The notes under the pieces are model-generated. The model was not told the DNA's origin. It did no database searches and worked only from the letters and a program-made list of their open reading frames with translations. A DNA stretch of 64,000 bases from Paragordius varius (lineage: Eukaryota; Animalia; Nematomorpha). Position numbers and translations under genes: made by a program. How positions within the stretch are numbered: position 1 is the first letter of the stretch; each line of letters starts with the position of its first letter. Below are positions 49,301 to 59,840 of the stretch, piece after piece. The DNA is taken from positions 2,604,001 to 2,668,000 of the forward strand of contig OZ176052.1 in NCBI GenBank assembly GCA_964247055.1, read 5' to 3'.

Positions 49301-52300
49301 AAATTTATTTTATATATATAATTAAAATATATGTATATATAGATTGCTTTTCGAATTCACCTTTGAACATTTCAAATCTTTTCTAAAATACTTATGTGTT
49401 TTTAGGCTAAATTATATCATATTTAATATTAAATGTTCTAGGGTGATAAGAAATTGAAGGTGAAAATGGTATATTAAAAAACACACATGGCACATAGTTT
49501 AAAAATATGGTTGTCTTTTGCAAAAAATATTTCTTTTAGTCTTTAAGTGTTATCCACTCAAAAATATTTTTCATAAAGAAACTTAAATATCAAAATAGTT
49601 TTTACCTTAGCGTACCCAAAATCAATGTTTATAGCTTTTGCGTGTCCTATGTGAAGTATACCATTTGGTTCAGGGGGGAATCGGGTTATAACCCTACCTC
49701 CTGTACGGGCTAAATGTTCAGCTAATAACTGTTTTGTGTTTGGCGTTATAACGTACCCATCTGTCATATAATTTTCTCCTGCAATATAGAGAAAATCCAT
49801 GATTATTAGGTCAAAATATGCCATATCAAAATTAAAATTTTTGTGGTGAAACAATATCAAACATTATTTCAAAAATTTAAAATAACATTACACCTCAAAT
49901 TTACCCTTGAACAATTCAAATTTGCCCTCAAACAATTCTCACCCTAAAATAAATTATGTGTTTTCGAATATGAAAAATATGTTTAAAAAATAAAATTTCG
50001 ATTAAAATTAACATGATACAGAAAAAATAATAGGCTATGCCATAAAGAAATTTTATGATAAGTTATATTAGCTCATAAACACATAATTATTTAGGGGTAA
50101 TTAGAAAAGTTCAAGGGTGGATTTGAGGTGTAAATGGTATATTAATATAGTGAAAAATACTTTTCGATATTGATGTTTTACTTTTAGTTTTTTTAAAGTT
50201 GCCACATTTATTTCCAAAATGCTTTGTATAAATGATGCATGAGTTTAGTTAAGAAAATTGATATACATTTACAATTCACATTGACCCTTAAACAATTCAA
50301 ATTCACCCTCAAATAAATTATATGTTTTTTAAGATTAAAATTTAATTTTTATTTCTTTTAAAAAAATAAAATTTTGTTTAAAATTAAAATAATAACGAAA
50401 AATAATAACTATATTATAAAGATATATTTCATATTAATAATGAATTATAGTTCGAATACACATAATTTATTTTTAGGGTGAATTTAAATTGTTAAAGGGT
50501 GAATTTAAACTGTAAACGGTATATATTTTATCAATCATTAAATCCAACATTTTTAATTGATCTTACATTATAATATTACAACATTCGAGACATTAATCAC
50601 TATGCATAATAATAAACAAAACATATGTAATCTGAAACGCAAATATAAACTTTAATTGGTTGGGACAAAAAATAAATATATATATTTCAGACCTGAAAAA
50701 ATGGAAAATTTATCATATGTAGAAAAAAAACTAGAGAACTGAGAAATATTAGACATTTCTTAAAAAACATGTAAAACAAATTAAAATTTAACATATGTGT
50801 ATAAATAAACCGGGTTTATGGAACCCCAAATTTTTATATAAATCTAGGTAATTTCTGGATAAAGTCGAAGTTTTTGCAGAATCGGTGGTTATTGATGTAG
50901 GGATTTCCTTGGATTTATTAACATTTTCTTTAGTTTTTTTGCTTGAGAAGTTTTCATGACCATTTTGCCTGAAATGTTGCGTCTAAATTAAATATTTTTA
51001 TTTAAGGCTAAAATTATTTTTGGTATAAAAATTTAACCTAAAATATTTTATAAAGAAATATTACATAAGGAAAACAAAAAATTAAATTTTTATAATATTT
51101 ATTATCTCCTAAAAATGTTGATAAAAAATTTAAAATTCGTAAAAAACACGTTTTTAGCGCTATATAGCTGTTTTCGCACATTTATTCCTATCTTATAAAA
51201 AAAGATTCATGCGATTTTTTGCTAAAGGAAGGTTTATTTTTATGATATAGCCAATAATATTTGATCACTCCTCTGAGTATCAATCATGTACCCTTTTCTG
51301 ATACCCTTTCCTTCTTCTCTCAATTCTATATTATTTATGTTAAAATCTTGTCCATATATTGCGAAACCCAGATAAAAGGATTTAAATTTTTAATAATTGA
51401 TTGCAATACTTTTTAACAGATTACAAAAATGCATATTAATCGTAAACATGTAAAATATTGCTCTTAACAAAAAATATTTTACATAAATAGCCTATATTTT
51501 GTCTCATACCTTTACTGTGACAATATCTTTCACACATTTCCCATCGGCCCAAGGCAAGTGCGATTTGACTTCTCCAATAATAAAACCAATATTATTGATA
51601 TTGGCATCATTCGAGTTGACTAGTTTACAGATTATTGAATCAACCTTGGATAATATACAAAAATGTTCTTACCAAATTTTCGATTTCCGCTTTAGTTACT
51701 GTAATACCTATCCCACAAGCCTTTTCAAAAGCATGGCTATCAAATGCATTTGTTGTTGAAATTTGTGATGAATGTTGTAAAAAATATTTCAAAGCAGCTA
51801 CATAATATTTTACAGTCAAAATTAAAATTATACAGACAAAACGAAAATAATATTTATTACAGGAATTTAATCCGTATGACCTATTGTTTTGAATTGCAAA
51901 ATAAAAAATAGGTTGGGTTACATAACAAAGGGAAAATAATAATTATTTTATATATATATATATATATATATATTATTATATTTTTTTGTTTTACGTTTTG
52001 TTTAATAATTTTAAGTTTTACTGTGGATATAATGGCATACCTGATATTTGAGAGGTTGAAGTAATTTTACCATCCGATATATATTGCAGTATTATGGGTA
52101 CATGTTGATTAATTTGTGGTTTAACGCAACTAGCAAGTGTATAAAGTAATATGCCAACATTTTTATCAATATTACCGTAATTTAAGTACTAAAATTTAAA
52201 TAAAACAATTTACTTGATTACATATTCCTTGAATGGTTTGAAATAGTGATGTATTTCGTATAGTTTCTTTAGCCTTAGCTTCAGAAAGTCCCAATTTTTT

Positions 52301-52327
52301 AAAAAGCTCAATATCGTGTGCTACCAT
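42261..52327 (-). CDS. QARS1: Glutaminyl-tRNA synthetase, 808 aa, 17 exons
   Basis: Exons 52327-52214, 52188-52041, 51797-51673, 51644-51510, 50982-50811, 49778-49606, 49016-48917, 48296-48109, 47696-47566, 46998-46717, 46252-46016, 45544-45415, 44913-44818, 43214-43066, 42718-42652, 42570-42442 and 42311-42261 total 2427 nt in frame. Motifs [55 protein letters not shown] and [11 protein letters not shown]. Confidence 0.97.
43400..44503. mobile_element. Two inverted remnants of a probable IS630/Tc1-like DDE transposase in QARS intron 13 (43400-43600 minus, 44240-44503 plus)
   Basis: [15 protein letters not shown] and [15 protein letters not shown] resemble the LNPIE..FS.IK.KLR third-catalytic-residue motif. 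A 62-bp core is shared in inverted orientation. Confidence 0.45.
47276..47398 (+). mobile_element. LINE (RTE-like) 3' remnant in QARS intron 9
   Basis: Translates to [16 protein letters not shown]...PNRKGRPE, like the RLRW...RGRP C-terminus of RTE reverse transcriptases. Confidence 0.4.
49325..50524. mobile_element. Three copies of a palindromic MITE flanking QARS exon 6 (about 49325-49472, 49885-50140, 50262-50524)
   Basis: Shared TIR blocks ACCCTT.AACAATTCAAATT.ACCCT / AGGGTGAATTTAAATTGTTAAAGGGT. Right ends read TGTAAA(C/T)GGTATA or GAAAATGGTATA. Confidence 0.7.
51645..51672 (-). other. 28-nt intron (QARS intron 3)
   Basis: GTAAGAACATTTTTGTATATTATCCAAG. Not a multiple of 3; removal joins EIENL to VDSII and keeps the frame to LPWADGK. 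Confidence 0.88.
52189..52213 (-). other. 25-nt intron (QARS intron 1)
   Basis: GTAAATTGTTTTATTTAAATTTTAG. Removal keeps the frame into [10 protein letters not shown]. The upstream alternative GT gives a stop. Confidence 0.88.
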
Positions 52328-52431
52328 GTGTTACGAATCTAAAAACAGTGTTTTACCCTATCTATGTTAGGTTAAATTTGGCTTAAAGAAATATAAAAAT
52401 TGTTTGAAAATTATTTACCAAATTTTTGGGT
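52328..52431. promoter_or_regulatory. Probable bidirectional promoter between QARS1 and PCMT1 copy A
   Basis: Only 104 bp separate the two divergent start codons. Confidence 0.65.
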
Positions 52432-55400
52432 ATGGCTTGGAAAGCTTGCGAAAAAACAAATATCGATTTCATTAAATCACTAAAAAGTTTATTTTTTTGT
52501 ATTATCCATCATAGGTTATGGTTTAATAAAGTCTGATCGGGTCGAAAAAGTAATGCAAAAAGTTGATAGAGCCGATTTTTGTCCATCTAGTCCGTACGTT
52601 GATGCTCCAAAAAGTATTGGGTATGGAGCCACAATAAGTGCACCACATATGGTAAGTTTTATAGAATAACTGATATAAACATGCAAAATGTGATGTTTTT
52701 TAAATGTAATCTCTTAATTTAACAAAAGTTATTACTAAATTTATCAATTTAAACTATATTAGCATGCTCATTCTTTGGAATTATTATTACATCATTTGAT
52801 TCCTGGAAATAAAGCGTTAGATGTTGGTTCAGGTAGCGGATTCTTAACGACTTGTATGGGAGAAATGGTAATTCAAACATAAATATTTAATTAGCATTTT
52901 GGTTTTTTTCGAGACACTTTTTGTTTTGTATTTTTATGGGTGATTGATTTTTAAAAAATTTATATTATAATCCTACTTTACCATAAATATTCTGTGAAAT
53001 GTAAATAGTAAATGAATTATAGTAATTTTAACTGTTGAATTATAAAATTTTTACTAACTATGAAAGTTTCTTAATATACATTTGATTATCATTCCAATTT
53101 AGTCAATTTATTCTAACCAATATTTATTTTATAACCCATTTAACGTTTCGTCCGCAACATTTTTACATCAATTCATTAAAGTTGTAAAATTCGTTATAAA
53201 TATAATTCTCAAAACATTAAATTAATTTTCTCAAAAAATTCTTTTATAGGTATCACCCAATGGTCGCGCTATTGGAATTGAACACATTCCTGAATTGGTC
53301 AAAGACTCGCTTGTTAACATTCGAAAACATCATGCCGATCTCCTTGACAAGCAGATTATTAAAATTATTGGTAAATATTTTTATATAATCATTATGGTTT
53401 ATTCAATAATTTAATTTTTTAGTATTATGGTTGTAAAAATTTGTTATCTACTAAAAGAAATTTATAACCTAAATTAGTATGTTTGAATCTGAAATTATTA
53501 ACCAAAATATGGAAATATTAAAAGAATTATTTTTTTCTTATAAATAATAGAGAGTAATATATATCGTGTTATTAGGGTTGTGATTTTGACCCCCTTTTTT
53601 TGAAAAAGGGGGTCAGACCTAGGTCCGACCTAGGTCTGACCTAGGTCATACCATCCAATATTAAATAACTACATACATAAATTGATTTAATCACATAAAA
53701 AAGGTTTTTACATAAAGTGTATATTTTTTAAAATTATACTTTCACCAATCCTGATAATTTAAATTTCTACAATTAACGATCTGTCCTGGAATCATACATA
53801 AAAACTTATGGAAAATTCATATCACATAAAGCTAAAACTAATGAAAAAATATGAATTTATTTAAGCCTATTTATGCTCTAATTATTTAGATTGTGTAAAA
53901 ACGAGTCACTGTCCATGAACATAACGTTAACTTAGGATGGTTCAAAGTTTTTTTACACTTTAAAATTTTTTATACGATTTATTAGAATATATAATCGTGC
54001 TCACTACATTTAAAATTTCAGTAATCTTATTAGGATTAATAAATTCTTAGATCAAATTATTTATTATATGACATTGGCATACATGCCATATTATATTAGG
54101 ATTTTCTTTATTAATTAAATTAGCAGCCTTCATGTTCGCTGCATTATCGGTCACAATGGCATTAATTATTTAAATTTCTAATATCTTTTATAATTGGTTC
54201 CATTATGTTATAGATATATTCGGCAGTCTACTATGATAAGATGCGTCAATAGTTAATAACAATGATTTTTGGGATCCCTGGCCAATAAATAATATTAATT
54301 TGCTTCCTACGAATATTGGTAAAGGGATCGACGATTAATAAAATATTATTTTTACATATTCCAATAACTATTTTTATATCTTCATAACATGAATCTAATA
54401 ATTTATTGGAAATCTGTTTTCTATTTGGAATAGCATGATTAGGTTTAAACTATTAATGAAACTCCGAAAATGTTTATTTTCAACTATGTTTAGAGTTGAG
54501 GATGTATAAATAAATTTTGCCAAATGTTTCTGGCTAATTTCTATTGAAAACAGAAATTTTTAAGACTAAACTTAAGAAATTAAATAATTAGCTTGCTTTT
54601 CGACCATCCCCTTCTATCATATAATTTATTTCATGATCTTCATTTAGATGTTTCTTCATTCGGTTTTTATTTAATATATATATAAGGTAATTCCATTTCT
54701 TGCATGTAACTTGATTTTTTTTGATCGAAATATTTCCACAAGGCTGATTTTATTATGTAGGAAGTAAAGAAAAGATGTGTATCATATGATATTTAAAACA
54801 AAATATTACATATATAAATAATATAAGGTTTTGTTTTCCTAAAAATTGTAAAATTAAAAAAAATAAAAAATTAAAAAAAAATAAAAAAATTGACCTAGGT
54901 CATTTTTATGACCCTAGGTCATTGACTAATGGGCACAACCCTACGTGTTATACATTTTAACGGTGTGGATTTTGTATAGTCTCTTCTTTATTTTGCCTCA
55001 TTTTCTATGTTAGTATTTTTTATATTTTTATTTTAATATTCGTTCGCTATCAAATTTACACATTAACCATTTAATCGATTTTATGAGTTACCACCAAGTA
55101 TTTAATATAAATTTCTTTGTTAGATAACTTGTTTCATCATAATAAAATTTAGTAAATTACATTGTATGAATCAACATAAATTAGAACGAAAAACTTGTAT
55201 TTTTTATTGCTAAATAACTTTAAATTTATTTTTATAAAAAATTTTATATCATTTTGGAACAATAAAACTATATATTGTGGACATAAATTGAATTTAAAGT
55301 GATTTGTAATCACCAAATTAACTTGGGTATAAACCTGAATTTACTAGATTATAAAAAATTATATGCCTTTTACCTTTATAGTTGCTTTGTCTTTTTAAGT

Positions 55401-56857
55401 CATTTTATTGAAAGATGCTGGTAGATTGGTTTAGGTATCAAACTCGTACATTAATTTTGATAAGGAAATTATTGCACTAATTATTATCGCACAAATGCGT
55501 TTCATGCCAAGAATAATTAATTTATAATATTTCCAAGTTTAGATTTTTTATAATTTTTAGCGCTGACGGGTTTTTATTATGCTGGTGATGATAATTGATT
55601 CAAATTATTATATATGAAACTATCTTGTGAATTATGATATTATTTTCGCTTTTTTATGAAGTCTATACATTACACAGTTAAATTTTAAAATATACATAAT
55701 AACATTTATTTTTTACAATGTTTACCTTTATTTTGAAATGAATTTATCGTTGTTTTTACATTATTATATATGGTGGATAATATTAGGACTCCAGATTCGG
55801 AGTTTTAAATCCCGCCATAAATAACCAACTTTACATTGTTCGGTGGAAAGGCTACATTGATTTAAGTGCATTTTTATATTATCATTATAAGAAAAGAGTG
55901 GTCTTTCTTCTTTTACCATCAACATTAATGTTTTCAACAGATTTTAAAGGGTCGGTGGCGTCTTTTCTTTGAGTGTAACCGTAGAAACGCAATCTATTAG
56001 TCTGGATGATATAATCGATATTATCGGTTTTTTTAATGAGAGTTGGTATTTCTGGTGCACGAAAGCAGCTTTTCTTTTAAACAAATTTTATTATATTTAT
56101 ACAGAGGGCGATGGTCGACTTGGGTATCCCGAGGAACAATATTACAATGCAATACATGTTGGAGCGGCATGTCCTACAAAACCTCAAGCAGTTTAAATTC
56201 ATTATTTTATCTTTTTGTTCACAAACAAATGTTAAGCTTTTTGCGATATTACTAAAAAATTTATTATAATCAAACGATTTGTCCTATTCCATAAATACCA
56301 AATACTGTGGGTTTGTTGCTTTAATGTTTATTATATGTAAAATGAGCTGGAATCTCCTTTGTGATTTTTTGATCATACAAAATAAACTAAAAGTCGAAAT
56401 TATAAAAACAATAGGTAAAAACAAATAGACAAATATTTAAAAAAGGCCAGCATACTTTTTAATTTTTTAATAAATAATTATGTTAAATGTTAAATTGAGG
56501 GTGTTACTAATTTGCATCTCTCTATTCCATATCCCCCAACATGTTGTAACATTATTTGTTATGAGCCATGATCTTTAATCGGTTTATAAATTATAATTTA
56601 AGTAAAAATAATATAGCTACCTTCATTCTTATATATTTGCATATATAATTTAGCTTATAGATCAATTAGCCCCTGGGGGTCGTTTAATTGCACCAGTTAA
56701 ATCAATTGGAGGCTATCAAGAATTTATGCAATACGATAAAGATGCCAATGGTAATGTTAAAGAAACGCCTTTGCTTGATGTGGCCTATGTGCCTTTGACA
56801 GATAAGGAAAAACAATATGGACAAAGCACGAAAATGTTTATGTTTAAGGGTTTTTAA
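52432..56857 (+). CDS. PCMT1: Protein-L-isoaspartate O-methyltransferase, copy A, 235 aa, 6 exons
   Basis: Exons 52432-52486, 52515-52651, 52763-52867, 53250-53370, 56105-56190 and 56654-56857 total 708 nt. Motifs [47 protein letters not shown] and YVPLTD. Confidence 0.95.
52487..52514 (+). other. 28-nt intron (PCMT1 copy A intron 1)
   Basis: GTTTATTTTTTTGTATTATCCATCATAG. Removal links the MAWK exon in frame. Confidence 0.9.
53573..54943 (-). mobile_element. Internally deleted hAT (Ac-like) element in PCMT1 copy A intron 4, 1371 bp
   Basis: TIR TAGGGTTGTG / CACAACCCTA, perfect 8-bp TSD CGTGTTAT and GACCTAGGTC subterminal repeats. Minus-strand remnants [19 protein letters not shown] and [12 protein letters not shown]. 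Confidence 0.9.
55890..56075 (-). mobile_element. LINE (RTE-like) 3' remnant
   Basis: Translates to [41 protein letters not shown], typical of the RTE reverse transcriptase C-terminal tail. Confidence 0.65.
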
Positions 56858-57784
56858 AAATTCGTGGCGACAAACATATGCACAATATGTACATTTTAAA
56901 TATATATACATTAACATTTTTTTATATGGTATCTCTTTATAAATAGTCAAAGCTTGTAGTCAATAATATATATAAGCGTATACTATAACCTGTCTACAAA
57001 ATACTTAATAAATAAATAATATATTGATCTTGTATGTGTGGAGTGTTTAGTTCAAATTGATTTGATAATTTTTTATTTCCTCATAATACTTTTATTATCA
57101 ATGGCCAACCCTTTTAAATTTCCTAATTTTGTTTATTTAAAATTATTTCTGTACATGCATAATTATTTCATTGGTACTATATATGTATATATATATATAT
57201 ATATACATATATATATGTGTGTGTATAGGTATAAATAAACGAAAGATAATCATATATCTATAAAATAATTTTCTTATGATTTCCAAATTGTTTTGCCTTT
57301 AATTTAAATTGGACTATCAACTTTTGTAAAGAATCGATAAGTCTGAAAAGTGAATTAGAAAATTTATGACTTGGTCAAAATCCATAACATGTGTAAATTT
57401 TCAGTGAGATTTTGGAAAAAAAACGCTTGTTATATAAGCATTGCTCATTTTAAATATTCATTTTTATTCCGTTTAAAACACATTTTTTATTATTCGATAT
57501 GAAGGTGAGGAAAATATGTTTGTGCCTCATTGCGTTATATTTATGGCTTCTAATGAATTTTATTTTACCAAAATATTAACATGTAAACATTGATTGTTTA
57601 TGTTAGGTATAGATGTGATTAACTTTTTTACGTTAAATAATAATTCACCCATATTGAATAACAAAAACGAAACTGTTATTGTAAATTTTAAATCCCAAAC
57701 TTACATAAGCGATTTCGCTTGTATACATAAATATTCAATCGAAGCGAGTGGATAATCTAAACCGATTTATAATAATAACGTGTA

Positions 57785-57803
57785 CACAAAAAACATTATG
57801 ATG

Positions 57804-57845
<42 letters not shown>

Positions 57846-59099
57846 TAGAAAGATTTATCAGGAATCTCATAATCCTATTTGTTTTAGGGCTTATGAGTGG
57901 TATAAAAAAATTTACACTTTTGTGGTAAGTCAATATCAGAAAATGGCAAAATTTGAGCACATTTTTTGTATTAAAATTTTTTTAATGAAACCTAAATGCT
58001 TATCCCAAAAAATATCACTAAAATATATTAAACACCATTTATAAAAAGCAAAACATTATTTTTATATTTTAATATTTAGATGTGGGCTCCGAAAGTCCCA
58101 ACTTTTTTCGTTCTTCTAAAACGGGCTATTTCTTTTAATATAAAGGCAAAAATACCGGGATTGGACCATAAAATTTTTAAATATATGCTAAATTTTGACA
58201 AAATATTTTTTAAAATGACTTTTTACAAAAATTTAATTTTTATCAAAATTGTGAAGAGTACTTTAAATGATGCTAAACATTTCTATCACCTCAGAATTTT
58301 GATTAAATATATTATGTCTTCAAATTTATGTCAAATATAAATTTCGGTTTTATATAAAAATTCCAAAATTTGAAAGTAAACAAACCTTTAATATAAACTC
58401 CAAAGCAATAGAAATGTTCAGCATCATCAAATTAATGCGTTTTTATACCGTTTCCATGCAAGTATGCTTCAACAAAATTGTGTTTAAAATTAAATTTTGT
58501 GAAAGCATGCATTTAAAAAATATTTTTCATGTCAAAATTTAGAATGAATTTATGAATTTTATCCCCAAATCTCGGTATTTTTGCGTTTTAGAAATAGCCC
58601 GTTTTAGAAGAGCAAAATAATTTTTAAAATAATGATACCGTTAGCACCATGCTTCAATACCATAAAACTCACCGAAAATCTGCTATAAATTAAACTTTTA
58701 TAGCGAAACATCCAATTTTACAAAAAAATTTGGGTCAAAATATTTCAAATTTATATTGCACAATATCGGCATTTTTGGGTTTAATTAAAAGAATTTGCCC
58801 ATTTTAGAAAGGTCAAAAATTTAAGATTTTCGGAGACTATATCTAAATCTTAAATTATTAATAAATTATATTGCTTCTTAAATATAGCATATGATACTTA
58901 AAGATATTTTTTGCAATCGAGAGATTTTACTAAAAAAACATATTTAACAAAATGTGCGCATATTTTTCCATTTTCGTATATGTAACAGTTAACACAAAAG
59001 TGGCAAGAACTTTCCTTTATTACCAAAAGTAAAACCTACATTATGAGCGTCCTGATACATTTATCTACTAGTAAATATTTCATCAGAATATTTTTTGTG
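57785..59099. mobile_element. Foldback element (family A), about 1.3 kb, between the PCMT1 copies
   Basis: Outer TIRs CACAAAAAACATTATGATGAAATA / TATTTCATCAGAATATTTTTTGTG, with (TA)n expanded in the left arm. Inner palindrome TTCTAAAACGGGCTATTTC / GAAATAGCCCGTTTTAGAA. Confidence 0.75.
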
Positions 59100-59840
59100 T
59101 GCACTCTGTATGTAAATTCTGAAACCATAATTATATATTGAATGGCTCAAATTTTGGTGAAGAGCGTAAATAGGGTATTAAGCAGGATTAAACGGTAAAA
59201 ATATATTTTAAAATTCAGCAAAAACATTTTTAAAATTCTATATGCTAATTTTTTTTATTGTATTAAGAAAACAAAAAATATAATGTTTACAGCCTAATAG
59301 GAAAATTTTAATATCTCATACCGTTTTTATTCCGCTCAAACTATGATGTACGCGTCAAATTTTACCAAAGTTAACATTTTAAGCTGACTAATTAAATATT
59401 GATATTTTAAATCTAAGCTAAAAATTCTTATGGCGATATCTTGGCTTCCTTATGTTTATAATGTGAACTTCCCATTCCTCAGATCACGACTTTAAGCCTC
59501 TTAAAGCTTATTAAAATATTATATATATAATGTTTTGCTTTTTAAATTTAGTTTACCTTTAAAAAAATGAAAGAATTTAGTATTCTTTTAACTTATACTG
59601 GCCATAATATTGTTCAGATATTTAATGTTAAGCACTATTTAAAATAATGCAAATCTTTTTTATAAATCGTAATCTAAACGCTCAGCCACTAAAAAATTAT
59701 CTAACATTTTTCTGATATCGATTCTTATTAACTTTTGTTAATTTTTTTTGGCATCAACCGTTTAATATAAGTAGTTTTTGGCTAAAGGCTATTTATATCT
59801 CTAAGTTTAAGTGCTTTTTTATTTTTAGCCATCTTGCGAA

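Noticed and set aside
51499-51759. Plus-strand 86-aa ORF
   Set aside because: Antisense shadow of QARS1 exons 3-4.
55969-56104. N-terminal extension of the ORF containing PCMT1 exon 5
   Set aside because: Intronic, being antisense LINE remnant. The acceptor at 56104 matches the exon size of the paralog.
59805-59828. Possible 24-nt intron in the 5' UTR of PCMT1 copy B
   Set aside because: GT-AG and T-rich, but there is no reading-frame constraint to support it, so it is untestable without RNA data.
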